This document shows, in pieces, positions 35,931 through 49,545 of a DNA stretch of 64,000 nucleotides. This DNA is from Lama guanicoe (taxonomy: Eukaryota). The first letter of the stretch is position 1; the number at the start of each line of letters is the position of its first letter. The notes under the pieces are model-generated. The model did no database searches and was not told the DNA's origin. It saw only the letters and a program-made list of their open reading frames with translations. The DNA lies in NCBI GenBank assembly GCA_013239625.1, contig MU056029.1:992001-1056000 (forward strand), read 5' to 3'. Both the position numbers and the translations under genes were made by a program.

Positions 35931-37702
35931 TCAGTTTTTGAAAAGCCACTTACAGGTTGCTTTGGAAGGTTTTCTTAACTTCACAGCTGAAATAATTAAA
36001 GAGGTGACTGGAGGCTTAACGCTGCCCTTTATGGATAGGTCTCAAAGATCCAAACATGAAGTTAAGACATAGAATGAATAAGGCCAGCTGCTAATTAAGC
36101 CGTCGCACGGGTGAAGCAGTGAGGCCCTGGGAGTAAAAACAATTCTTTCTGAGCAGCTAGTCTCAGAACGGTATTAATTCAACGGCTGGGCTGGGGGCTT
36201 CTCCTAGATCACATGTCCTCGTCTGCAAGGGAGACAAATCACATCACCCTGAGCACGTGAGCGGACAAACCACAGGGCACACGGCCACCCATGTGCAAGA
36301 TACCCAGGGGCCCGCACGTTGGCGCCAGCTCATGAGTCAAAGCCCGCCTGGCCTCCTCGCCATCAGGACATCTCCCGGCTGATTCCGGGCTTCTGGGGGA
36401 GACCCCCAGGCAACCCCTCACAGAGCAAGCTGGGCGCCTGGAGGAGGCTCCCCAGGACTGTGCCGGGTGCGCAGAGGAAACCGAGACCAGAGTGCAAGCA
36501 AGAGGAAAGACAGCCACCCTGGGTGGAGAGAACTCCGACCGCAAGGCCATAGGGCAGGAGGTGGGGCTGTGAACCTTCACCACCTCCCCGCAAGTCCTTT
36601 GGGTGGCGGAGTGGAAATCAACCAGCCAGGTGGCCCGCGCCTGAGGCTAGGAGATGTCAGCAGGCCTCAGCCACAAGAAGAATGATAAACAGGCGCAAAG
36701 GAGCAGTGGCCCCAGCTGTGACCCAGAACAGGCCACATCTGGTGTTATCTTCAGGGGTGCATCCCGCTGTGGCCTCGCCATCCCGCTGGTGTTCTGCTGA
36801 GTGAGGCAGGAGGGAAAGGATGCTTTCCGAAGGACCGCTGCGAGGAAGGCGGTGCAGGTCTGTGCCTTGCACGTCGCCCTTGCACCTTCCTGACCTCACT
36901 TCTTCCACCTGCACAGGTGGAGTCTGGCCTCCTCCACAGCGACGGTGAGCTTCACAGCCCCAAGTCCACAGCGTGTGTTTCCCTTCTCAGCTCTGAGTGA
37001 GGAATCCTGTTCTCAGGGGAGCACACTGGACCTTGTCCAGCTGGAGCAGAATGAAGCCACTCTTAGTGCGGCGGTGTGAGGGTTCTCCAGCACTGGCGAC
37101 ATTGGTGTGTGCTGGTGGGCCTGGCCAGACCTGATTCTGAACTCCCGATCCATAGCAAGGGGCTTTGTCACAAGCTTGTGAACAACGGGGAAAAACTGGA
37201 GACTGCACAAGACTCCAGGGAAAGAAGTCCCTGCTGCCACTGCCCCTTTCCAGGGGAGGGATTGCTAAGGATGCTTCTGTGAGTCTGTGACCCGGAAAGT
37301 TACTCCAACAGTGTGAGAACAAGTATATTGCCAATGACACCTCTGGGATATCTGAGGATAACCACCGGACACAGGGCAGCTGTGTCTGACATCCAAGAAA
37401 GCCATCCTCTCTGATGCATTTAACTAACGACCACATGCTCTAGTGTCTGCTCTTTTTCAGTCTCTACAACCCCTCCCACCACACCTCTGCCTCTTCTCAG
37501 GGACCTCAGCCCTCTGGGTGCCCTTAAAGATGGATGCTAGCCAAGTACACTGCAGCCCCAATGCTGTGCGGGGTCCACCCATTCACAACCCCACTCTATC
37601 CAGTATTGACAGACGTTACACATCCTCATTGATCTCCTCCAACTGGGCTTCCTCTTTCCAACAAACTCTCAAAGTTTGGGTATTTGGATTCGCCAGACAC
37701 TC

Positions 37703-37968
37703 ATTTTTTTTTAAATTGTAGAGTCTGTTACAATGTATCCATTTCTGGTGTACAGAATGTCCCAGTCATGCATATACATACATATATTCCTTTTCATATT
37801 CTTTTTCATTAAAGGTTATTGCAAGATATTGAATATAGTTCCTTGTGCTATATGGAAGAAACTTTTTTCTTTTAATCTATTTTTATATAGAACATTTGCA
37901 AATCTCAGACTCCCAAATTTATCCCTTCCCATCCCCTTTTCCCAGTAACCAAAGGATGGTTTACTACG
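37703..37968 (-). mobile_element. Short L1 3'UTR insertion with TSD
   Basis: A T-tract and antisense 3'UTR flanked by CAGACACTC (37694-37702 and 37969-37977). Confidence 0.85.
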
Positions 37969-40900
37969 CAGACACTCTTAAAACACAACCTAACCAGGAA
38001 CCAAGCCACGGCTTGCCCTCCTGCGTTAACCATTTTAATGAGTTAATGATTTGAATTTGTGGGCTATGGCTTGCTTCAGCCACAGTGTCAAACAACTGAT
38101 TTCCCGTAAGTGTTCATCCCCCTCATTTACACCAATCAATGCCTTCCTTTCCATCCCTCCTCAGTGCCAGCCCCTGCCGCTTTCACCTGGACGACTCCAA
38201 GGGTGTTCCGGCTCAGCGCCTGCAACAAGCACCCACGCTCCACGCCCTGGCACCCTGAGCTTTCTCAAACACAGCGGAGCTGGGTTTTCCTTCTCAGAAC
38301 CCTTTCACAGTTCCTTCCTTCACTCGTACTCTGCCTTCGGCAGGAACGGCTCCTGGCTTAACTCTTTGCATAGCTAACTCCCATGTCTCCTGTGTGCCCC
38401 GGATCCTTGTTGAGACCATCCCTAAATCTCCAGCATCACTTCCGACCCTGTTGTTCCCTCCTAGCAGCCCGTGCCTTTGGGACCCCGTGTCCATTTGGTA
38501 ATTATACAGGGCACCGTGACAGACGCACACGCTTCAGCCCCCACTGTCCTCTCTCCCGGGACACCCAGCTTGCTCCTTGGCCTGATTACCTCCCGGTCGT
38601 CCTGAAGCAGCCCGACACCCTCGTTCCCACTATAGTTTTCCCAAAATCCCAGGCTGGGCTCAAGAGCCTCTTTCCTTACTCCCTTTTCTAGAAACCTGGA
38701 TTGCATTTAGCACATCCCTTTAGCACATCCCTTTGAGGAATCCTGGAACTGTGAGTTCCTCCAGGAAATAGCTGCGTGGACATTCTCAGATTCCCCCCAG
38801 TAAAGCTCCAGGGTAGGCCTTCAGGTCACAGATGTCATCCTGCTGTCTGGCACACAATCTGTCGGACACACAGTTTCCACCTCTGCTAAGTAAGTCATCC
38901 TGCCCAGCAGAGAGGGCAGGGTGGCAGGACTTCGTACTCTCCAGGATGAAGGCCCTTCAGGAGGGATCACACCAGGTAAAGAGTGCATGGGGGGGCACCC
39001 CCTGGTGCTCTATTAAGACACAGCCCCGAGGTGTGAAGGCTGGGGAAGGGCTGCTTCAATCAGGTCAGCAACCCCCGAGACTGAGAAGCCAGGATTAATG
39101 CTGAGTAGGCCTTCTAGCTCCAAGGATGGGGTGGGGGCGGTGTTAGAGGATGTCCCAGAACTTGTACGCGGGGAGAAGGGAGCTGAGCTGGAGGTGGGAA
39201 CGGTGTAGACTCCTTCCCTCAGTGAAGCTCCCTTTCCCACTTGGAACACAGCCACAGAACTAACGGTGGTCTCATTTCCAGATCACGAGCCACACCCATT
39301 TCCATATATTACCTTTTGTCCTTACAGCCCTCTGCAAGGCCAGCCTTACCATCAACCCCATTTGTGGAAGAGAAAACCAATGAAGAGAGTCACATGACTG
39401 GCTCAGGGCGGGCCAGCCACTCACCGCCAGAGCCAGAACTGAGCCCGGCTCTCCAAATGTCCTGTTCTCTTGGTCCAGCAGCTGCCCATCCATGGAGTCT
39501 AAATGGCTGCAGCATCCACATGCAGACCAGAAGGGACTGTGGCCGTAACTTCCTCTGAGCCAAGGAGGGACAGGGTCTCAGTTCATCTCAAAGTTAAGTG
39601 TGAAGATGTGGCTATGAGTCCATCCCTAAGTATAGCCGGACAAGAGGCCCAACAGGTCACAGGAACTTAAAATCATCAGCTACAGAAAGCAGCTCAAATG
39701 CCGTGCCACACTGCTCAGGAGGAGGGGAAGACTTGGGGAGAGAAAAGGAAATGTGAAGATTGAAGTTTAATGAATATTCTTGGGATAAAAAAAAGACCAC
39801 TGCCAGCTAGTAGAAGTGACCTCCAGGGGACCAAGGGCACAGGTAGGAATGATGGTGAAACACGGCAAAACCAAGAAAGAGGTAACCAACGGGTTCACTG
39901 ACAAAATCCCGCAAAGCCTCACAGCCCCAAGAAGCCACTGCCATAACAGAAACTCGTCTCCCTCACTTGTCTCCTGATCCTTCTCCAGGCTGACAGTCCA
40001 CACTGAGGTCTACGACATGGTAACTCTTAGATGAGTTTTATGGAGGCGTAACTGACATACAATTAAAATGCACGGTTTGATGAGTTTGGGCATATTATCA
40101 CCAAGTTCAAGACAATGACCTTATCTAAAGCTTCTCAGCGCTTCCTCACTCCCCTCCGTGACCCGGCCTCCCACTCCTCCCCTGTCCACTTCCTCCCCAC
40201 CCCTCCCCCCGCAACCATCGAGCTGCCTTTCAGTCACTAGAGAAGTCTGCATTTTCTAGAATGTTGTATAACTGGAATCATACAATATTTACTTTTTTCC
40301 TGTCTTTCTTCTTTCACTCAACATCATTATTTTGAGACGTATCCATATTATGTGTAGTAAGAATTCCTTCCTTTCATTGCTCAGGGGTAATCCACTGTAC
40401 GGAGAAACCAAGCATTTTCTTTATCCCACCCACTGAAAAATATGTGGGTTATTTTCAGCTCTTGGCTATTATGAATAAAGTTGTTCTAAGCAGGTGTGTA
40501 TGTCTTTATAGGAATGTAAATTTCCTGTTCTTTTGGGCAAATACCAAACAATGAAATGGCTGGATCATTTGTTAAGTATATACTTAACTTTTAAAAAAAA
40601 CTTCCAAACTGTTTCCCCAAATGGTGGTACCATTCTGCACTCTCACCAGAGCTGCATGAGAATTCCAGTTGCTCCACATTCTCATAACAATTTTAGCCAT
40701 TCTGGTAAGTGTACACGTTCCCTTTGAATTCCCCTAATAAGGAGTGATGCAAAGCACTTTTTCATGTACTTCCTTGATCATCCACATATATTTTTGGCTG
40801 AAGGATCTGTCCAAGTCTCTACTCCATTCTCTTTCCACTATTTTATTTGTTTTGCTATTTTATGTTTTGAGGGTTCTTCAGATATTCTGGACACCTGTCC

Positions 40901-43300
40901 TTTAGCAAATATCTGCTTTGCAAATACTTTCTCCCAGCCCAGGGCTTATCTTTAAATTTTATTAACCATGACTTTTGAAGAGCAAAATTTTTCATTTCGA
41001 CAAAGTCCAGTTTATCTTTTTATTTTTTTCTTGTGCTGTCATACTTTGGAAATAACTTGCTTGTAAATGATTTTTATCTTTATGTTGAAAGTGCATTTCT
41101 TGCAGGTTGAGTTTTGCTTTTTTATGTAATCTGTTATGTTCTATCTTTTGATCGGGATGTTTGAGGCAGTTACACTTTACGTTGATTATTGATAGGTTTT
41201 GGCTTCATCTATCATGTTACTACTATATCTCTTTTGTGTATTTCCCATTAGCTCTTGGCTCATCTTTTTTCTTCTTTTTCTGCCTTCATCTGGATCATGA
41301 TTCCACTGGATCTCCTTTGTTGACTTACTTATCCTAATTGTGTTACTTTAGTGGTTATTTTAGGATTAATGGGGTATATTTACTTAACTTATCACAGCCA
41401 AACATCAAGTGATATTACACCACTTCACAGATAATTTTAGGACCTTTCAACTGTACACTTTGATTTCTCAATCCCAGCCTTTATGCCATGTTCATGCATT
41501 TTCCTTATGCATATTTTTACAAACCCCAACCCCAACATACATCATTTTCAGTTTCAATTCTACTAAAATTATTTAAATAGTAAGAGCAAGATCTCATACA
41601 TTTACCCATGCAGTGACCATTTCTGAGTTCTTTATTCCTTTTTCGTAGTCGCTATTTCCATTCGATGTCATTTTTCTTCCGTGTGAGGACTGCTTGGAAC
41701 ATTTCTTGTATTGCAGTCCTGCTGGAAATGCATTATTTCGAATCTTGGATGTGTAAAAAATTGTTTATTTTGCCTTTGACTTAGAAAGGTCATTTCAGAG
41801 GATATAAATTCAGACTTGCTGGTTTCTTTTCTTTCTTTCAGTCCTTTAATAATGTGGCTCCACTGTCTTCTCATGTGCACTGGTCCTAACAAGGCATCTG
41901 CTGATACCATGTCTGTGTCTCTGTACAGAGCATCTTTGTCCTCTGGCTTCTTTCAAGGTTTTCTTCTTTATTACTGATGTGATCAGTTTGATTATGATGT
42001 GGTTATTCATGCTTCTCTTAGAGATTTGTTGAGGTTCTTGAATATTTGGGTTTATAGTTTTCCTTAAATTTGGAAAATCTGTGTGATTATGTTGTATTAT
42101 TATTATTATTATTTGCCTTTTCTCCTCTCCTTTTGACCTCTCTAATACTCTATACAACACTTCTGGGCCTTTCTCTTTTCTGTATTTCGTTTTGGATAGG
42201 TTCCACTGCTGTGGCTTCAAATTTCCTAACCTTTACTTCTACACCATCTAAGGTGTCATTCATCCCCTCCAAAGTGTTTTTCATCTCACACACTGGGCCT
42301 TTTTTTCCCTCCATGTCCCTACTGAATTTTTCAAACACATGCAATAGTTATAATTGCTACTGTTAATTTTCTTTTTATTTTGAGATATTTCTAAATTTGC
42401 ATATATAAAAAATAATAGAGTTAACACTGCACCCTGTACCCGGTTTCCAGGATGGTTACATTTGGCAAAACTGTGATACAACTTCACAAGCAGGATGCTG
42501 ACACTTACACAGTCACCATACTTCAGTGCCTTTACTTTACTTCCAGCACACTTCACTTCCATCACATAAGGATGACTCATACCCTTTGATCAAAAGCTTT
42601 CCCCACCTCCATCTCCACCCCCCGTCATTCACTAATCTGGTCTCCGAATCTATGATTTTGTCACATAGAGAATATTATATGAATAGAATCCTGTAGTCTG
42701 TAATCTTTTGATGTAGGTGGTTTTCCCTGATTCCCCTGAGACCCATTCAAGTTGTGTCTACGTCATACTTCCCTCCTTTTTATTGCTACGTAGCATTCCA
42801 AAGTATGGCTATTAGCAGAATTTATTTCACCACTCACTGGAGCACATATAGGTTGTCTCCGTTTTGTTTTTTTTTTAAGTTGTGATGAATAAAGCTGCCA
42901 TGAACAGGTTTCTTTGTGAACCTAAGTTTTCATTTTTCTGGGATAGAAGCCCAAAACTGCAATTTCTGGGTCATATGGAAAACGCATGTTTAGTTTTTCT
43001 CATAAAAAAACTTCAAATTACTTTACAGAGTGGCTGCATCATTCACATTCTGCCCAGCAGTGTGTGAGGGATCTGGTCTCTCCACATCTTCGCAAGCATT
43101 TGGTGATGTCAGTATTTTTCATTTTTGCCATCCTGCTAGGTGTGTAGTCATATCTCATTTTGGTTTTAATTTGCCTTTTCCTAAAGGCTAACAGTGTTGA
43201 ACATCCTTTCATGTGTTTATTTGCAACCTATATATCTCCTCAGTGAAATGTCTCTTCATGTCTTTTGACCCCATTGTGTAATGAGATTGTTTGTTTTTTA

Positions 43301-43302
<2 letters not shown>

Positions 43303-43333
<31 letters not shown>
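43303..43333. repeat. (CA)n microsatellite
   Basis: About 15 CA units. Confidence 0.95.
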
Positions 43334-43337
<4 letters not shown>

Positions 43338-46300
43338 TCCTTTTGCTAGATACCCAGATAGCAGTATTATTCCCTAGGTTTGTAATCTTTAATTCATTCT
43401 CTTCAGAAGGTCCTTCACAGAGCAAACATTTTGAATTTTGCTGAGGTCCAATTTATCGTATTTTTCTTTGAAGAACTTGTTGTCTAGCCCTGTACCTGAA
43501 GATTTTTCTAACAAGGTTTTTGCTTCCACGTTGAAGTCTGTGAATGTGAAATGTGAGATAGTATTTGTATATGGTGTTATATTTAAGTAGAGGGTTTTTA
43601 GTTCATGGATATTCAATTGCTCCAGCACCATTGGCTCCAAAAGACTGTCCATCTTCCACTGAATGGCTTCTGTACCTTTGCGAAGAAAGTTGGGCACATT
43701 CGTGAGGGTCTATTTCTGGGTTCCCTCCTCTGCCACCGATCAATGTGTCACTTCCTCTGCCAGTCCCACACAGTCATGATTAGTGTAGTGAACGGTAGGC
43801 CTTAATATTGGGTAAAGTAATTCTGCTACATTATTTTCTTTTTCAAGAAAGGTTTCTGCCTGTCCATATAAACTTTACGATAAGTTTATCTGTGTCCACA
43901 AAACACCCTGCTGCATTTTTAATAGAAATCACATAAACCTATGGAATAGTCTGAATGGAGTTTATGTCTTCTCTGTATGTCTAATTCATGAAGACAGTAT
44001 GTCTTTCCATGTATCTCAATCTTCTCTGATTTCTTTCATCAGCATTTTAGAACTTTCAGCATACAGATCCTGTATGTGTTTCGTTAAGCTATCCATAAAT
44101 ATTCCACTTTTCTGGAGTCATGAAATCCAACTGGTATTCTGATTTTATTTTTGGCCTCCACATGTTTGCCAACACGGACTGATTTTTGGATGCTGCATCC
44201 TGTGACTTGTCAAATTCACTTATGAGCTGTAGCATAATTTTTGTAGGTTTCTTTGGATTTTCTATGTAAAATAATCATGTCATTTTCAAATGCAGGCAGT
44301 TTTATCTCTTCTTTTCCAATCTGTATAACTTTTCTTTCTTTTTGTTACTTTACTGCAGCAGCTAGAACTTTCAGCAGCAGGTTGTGAAAGAGGATTAGGA
44401 CCAGACAGCTTACGTGCTCCCAACCTTAACAGGAAAGCGTGCAGCTCTTTGCCACTAAACGCGATGCCACCTGTAGGCACTTTGTAGATGCTCTTTTACC
44501 AAGTTAAGAAATTTCCCTTTGATGCCTATTTTGCTGAGAGATTAGATGATGAGTGTTGGATTTTGTCAAATGATTATTTTATATCAAATAATATGATGCT
44601 ATGACTTCTGTTCTATACACTGTTGATACGGCAGCTTACATAGATTTATTTTCGAATATTAAACCAGCCTCTTATAGCAGGAATAGACCCTACTTCATCA
44701 CTGTATATAATCTTTTTTTTATATGTTGCTGGATTCCATTGGCTGGTATTTTCTTGAGGGTTTTACGTGGACGTTCATGAGAGGTACTGGTCTCTAATTT
44801 TCTTGGTCTCTAATTTTCCATCTCTCTCCCTCTCTCTCTTTGTCTGTCTTTCACTGACTTTTTCTAGTTTTGGTATCAAGGCAAGACTAATCTCAAAAAA
44901 TGATCTGGGAATGAGTTAGACATGTTGCCTCCCCTTCTATTCTGTTTCTGGAAGTTGTACACAGCTGGTGTTAGTTTTCTTTAAGGTCTGGTAGACTCCT
45001 CCAGCAACAGCACCTGGCCTGACAACCTGAGGGGGGCGCTCTGCACTGCACATTAACTTCGTTAGTAGTTACAGGATTGTTGCATTGCACATGTCACTTC
45101 AGCTGACTTTTGGTGGTTTCTGGTTTTCAAGGAGTGAAAAGCTGCTTGTATTGGTCCCTTATCATCCTTTCAATGGTAGCAGGACCCAGGGTGCTGTGTC
45201 TTTTTCATTCATAATATTGACAGGGTGTGCCTTCCCCTTTTATCTTGGTCAGTCTTGCTGTTTATCAATTTTATTGATTTCTTCTTCAAAGAAGGAGATT
45301 TCCATTTCATTGATTTCTCTGTTTATTTCTTGTTCTCCAGTTCACTGACTTTTTTGCTCTTACCTTTATTATTCCTTCCTTCTGCTTGCTTTGGGTTTAT
45401 TTTACTTTTTTTTTTTGTAAGTGTCCTGAAGTAGGAGCTTACATGCTTTTGTGATGTAAGCATTCAGTGCTATAAATTTCACCCTTAACACTGCTTTAGC
45501 TGCATCCTATATGTTAATATACTGTTTTCCATTTTTATTCTGTTCTATGCTTCTTATTTCCTCTGAAACTTCCAATTTAACCCATGGGTTATTTAGAAGT
45601 CGGCGGATAAGTTTATAATTATTTGAAGATGTTCCCACTGTCATTCTGCTATTGTTTCTAGTTTGATTCCAAGGCGGTCAACTTTCAACTTCAGTAAGGT
45701 TTGCTTTGTGGCCAAGAATATGGTCTATCTTGGTGAATGTTCCATGGGCAATGGAAAAAAGCGTGCATCTACTTTTGTTGGGTGGAATTCTGTGTATGTG
45801 TCAACAGCCATGACTGTGCTGTTTAGTTCTTCTCTATCCTTGCCAATTTTCTGCTAGTAGTTCTACCAACTACTTAGACTGGGGTGTGGAAGTCCCCAGC
45901 TCTAACTGTGGATTCGTCTATCTCTCCTTTCAGGCTCCTGCTTTCCGTATTTTGAGGCGTGCTCATTTCGGAGTGTTGCATCTTTCTGGTGGGTTAATTA
46001 TGCAAGAGCCTTCCTTGTCTCAGATGGTTTCTTTCCTCTAAAGTATACTTTTTATTAGGTCCTATAACAAAGCCTGGTTTCTTTCTTTGTTAATGTCTAC
46101 ATGGTCTATCTTCTCCTTCCTTTTACTTCCATCCCAGCAATGTAACTGTATTTAAAGTGAGTTTCCTATATAGAACATGTACATTGAACCATATATATGT
46201 TTTTAAATCCATCTTGCCAATTTCTGTCTTTTAATTGGTTTTTTCAGACAATTTACTTTTAAAGTAATTATTGATATATGAGAGCTTAAATCTGCCATTT

Positions 46301-46583
46301 TATTACTTGTTTTCTTTTTGTTTCTTCTTTCCCTCTCTCCCTCTCTCTTTTTTTAACCCACCAGTGAGTTATTTGATTTTCTTTAGGATTCCATGTTGAT
46401 TTACTTATAACACTCTTGAGAATATCACTTTTTTATGTTTTGTTAATAGTTTTCTAGATACTAAAATAGAAATATAACTCATCACAGTCTACCAGTGTCA
46501 ACACTTTACCACCTCAGGTAGAGGGGAGAAACTTTACTTTCATTTAGTTGCCTTTATTCTCCTGCTTATAAAATATAATTTTC

Positions 46584-46808
46584 AAAAGGATTCATATATA
46601 CATATGACTGAATCACTTTGCTGTACACCTGAAATGCTGTAAACCAACTATACTTCAACAAAAAATAGTAATTATTTTTTTTAAGAACAAAACAAAGAAA
46701 TGTAAGATATCTCAATACTTTTATATTGTTTAAATGTTAGAATGATAGTATTCTGGATATGTCAAATTAAATAAAACATATTAAGTTTTTAAAAATATGT
46801 GTATGTAC
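46584..46808 (+). mobile_element. Short L1 3' tail plus MER33/Charlie5-like fragment inserted into an older L1 (candidate 3' transduction)
   Basis: atatgactgaatcactttgctgtacacctgaaa...ctatacttcaac (L1 end), then aatgtaagatatctcaatacttttatattg...aatgatagtattctggatat...aaataaaacatatta (MER33-like), flanked by ATAATTTTC (46575-46583 and 46809-46817). Confidence 0.6.
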
Positions 46809-49255
46809 ATAATTTTCTTCAGTATTTCCTCCACACATGTTGATCATCATATCAAATGATTTACAATTTTTTGCTTCAGCCTCTAACATGATTTAAGACA
46901 GTAATGACAAATAGGGGACTCTGCATTCTTTTCCTTCTGAATTTCCATTACTTCTGTCATCATGTCCTTTTTATTTAGAGAAATTCCTTTAATCATTCTC
47001 AAAGGGTAGGTTTATTACTAGCAGCAAATTCTCCTTGTTTCTCGTATGAGAAAGTATTATTTCTCCCTCACTACTAAAAAATATTTTCATTGGGTACACA
47101 ATTCACTGTTGATAGTTTTCCTTTCAGTATCTGAAAACTGTGGTACCACGTCCTACTGGCCTGCATGGTTTCCTATGAGAAATTTGCTGTCATTCAAATT
47201 GGAGTTCCCCTATAAGCAGTACAACATTTCTCTCCAGCTGCTTCAAACTATTGTTTCTAGTTTCCAGAAGTTTAATATCTCAGCATGGATTTCTTTGGGA
47301 TTATTCTGTTTGCAGTTGGCTTAGCTTCTTCAACCTGCACATTTATACCTTTTGCCAAATAGGGGGCGTTTCAGCCATTATGTTGTCAAATACATTTCAG
47401 GCCCACTTTCTCTCTTCTCCTCTCCTGCGACCTCGATACGAATGAGAGCTCCTTTGTCATTGTCCCCCAGGGCCCTGAGATGCTGCGCATTTTTTTTCTA
47501 GGATGGTTTCTCTTTGTTGCTCAAACTAGGTAAATTCTGTTGACTCATCCCCAGGCTCACTGATTCCTTCTTTCTCATTCTCACTCTATTATTGCGCCCA
47601 TCCAGCAAGTCTTTAAATTTCAGTTGTTATATTTGTCAGTTCTATAATGTCTACATTTCAACATTTGTTTCTTTGGTGAGATGGTCTGTTTACTCATTTG
47701 TTTCAGACTGTCTGTCACCACTCACTGACGCACTTAAATGAGAGCTGCTCTAAAATCCTTTCCAGATCTTCACACTCTCCAATTCGTCTCAGTATTGGCA
47801 ACCGTTGATTGCCTTTTCTCATGTAACTTGTGATCAACCTGGTTCTTGGAATGAGTGATTTTTGTACCATTCCCCAGGTGTTTAGGGCATTATGCTAGCA
47901 GACTATGGATCCCATCTAATCTGTTTTAGCAGGTAGTCCCCATGGACAGGTACAAGTGGGTGTGAATGTTCAGCTTCCCACTGGTCCCACCTACAGCACC
48001 CCAACAAAGCGGGGTACTGAGTCACACTGCCTAGGAAGGGTGAGTCAGGGTAGATGCTCAGCTCCCTTCCTGGGGGTGGGGGGATGGACTCACACCACCT
48101 CATCAGTTCCGAGCTGGGGCGTACAATCAGAGTCCTGCTAGGACCCAGTGACACCAGGTGGAGGGGAGCAGCAGGTGACTCACTCTGCTTTACTGCTGTG
48201 GAGTGGCTGCGGACGCTCACCTCACTAGGGGCCCCAATGGCACAGTGTGCGGAAGAGAGAGCAGGAGGGGGCCACTAGCCTTCACTCCCACTATCTGGTT
48301 GCATCTCACTGTGGGTCTCCAGGCAGCCCAGCCTCGTCCTTCCACCTTTCAGAGCCTTCCCCTGCTGTAGCACATCCGGGGGCTTTTAGCTGTGATGGGG
48401 AGTACCCGAGAGGAACAGGACAGCTCCATCTGGGTCAGACCTTTAGAGCTGTAACAACTGTTGTAATGAACTTGGCTCCTAATTCCGGCATCCATCTCCA
48501 TTCTGATGGGTCAGTTGCTCTCCTTCTAATGGCTCTCCTTTCAGGCATTTGTCTAGTAAATTGATTGGATTCCCGACATTGCGATTTTACCTTACTGAGT
48601 GCTGGGCATTCTTACTTCCCTATAAATATTCTTGAGCTTTCTTTGGGGATGCTGTTTAGTTATTTTGAAACAGTTTGATCCTTTTGGATCTTCCTTTTAA
48701 GACGCAACAGGTGGGACCAGAGTTGGGCTCACTTTGGGGGGAATCATTCAACATTGTTGAAGTAAAACCCTTGCCTACTCCACGGTACTGCTTCTGACGC
48801 CCCGTAAGTGATGCTGTTTCAAGTCTGGCTGGTAGGAACAGGCGGCTCCCAGCCCTGAGTGAGCTGGGAGGCTCCTTTTGGGCTGTTCCTTCTCCAGCCT
48901 CAGGTACTCCCCAAACATGCATGCATGAGTCCAAACACTCTGTTGAAAGTCTGAGGGGGATCCTCTGTAGGTTTCTGGGGTTCACTCTGTGCAGCTCTCT
49001 CCCCACTGGTACCGTGTCTTGTAAACTCTGGCCACCTTGGTCTCTCAGCTCTTTGTCCTCTACTCGGGGACCCTGCCAGTCTCTGCTTGGGCTGCCTTCT
49101 CCGCGTCACATCCTGCAGGCTCTCACGGCAGTGAGCTGGGGCGGCCATCAGGCTCACTCCTTTTCTTCTCATCTTTTGGGGTCACAATCTTCTATTGTCT
49201 GAAGTCCACTGTCTTGAAAACCATTGTCTCTCATATTTTATTTTGAGGGTTTCTC

Positions 49256-49545
49256 TTATTTAATTTTTTACTGAAGTATATTTGATTTGCAATGTTTGTG
49301 TTAGTTTCTGGTGGACAGCAAAGTGATTCAGTTATATATATTCATATATTTTTTCATGCTCTTTTCCATTATGGTTTATTACAGGAGATTGAATATAGTT
49401 CCCTGTGCTGTACTGTAGGACCCTGTCATTCATCTATTTTATATACAGTAGTTTACATCATCTAACCCCAAACTCCTAATTTATCCTTCCCCTACACCTT
49501 TCCGCTTTGGTAGCCGCAATTTTCTTTTCTCTGTGAGTCTGTTTT
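49256..49545 (-). mobile_element. Short L1 3'UTR fragment
   Basis: ttttttactgaagtatatttgatt...attgaatatagttccctgtgctgtac...ctgtgagtctgttt. Confidence 0.8.

Noticed and set aside
41668..43697. Minus-strand ORFs with L1 ORF1/ORF2-like peptides
   Set aside because: These are short, frameshifted remnants of decayed L1, not functional genes.
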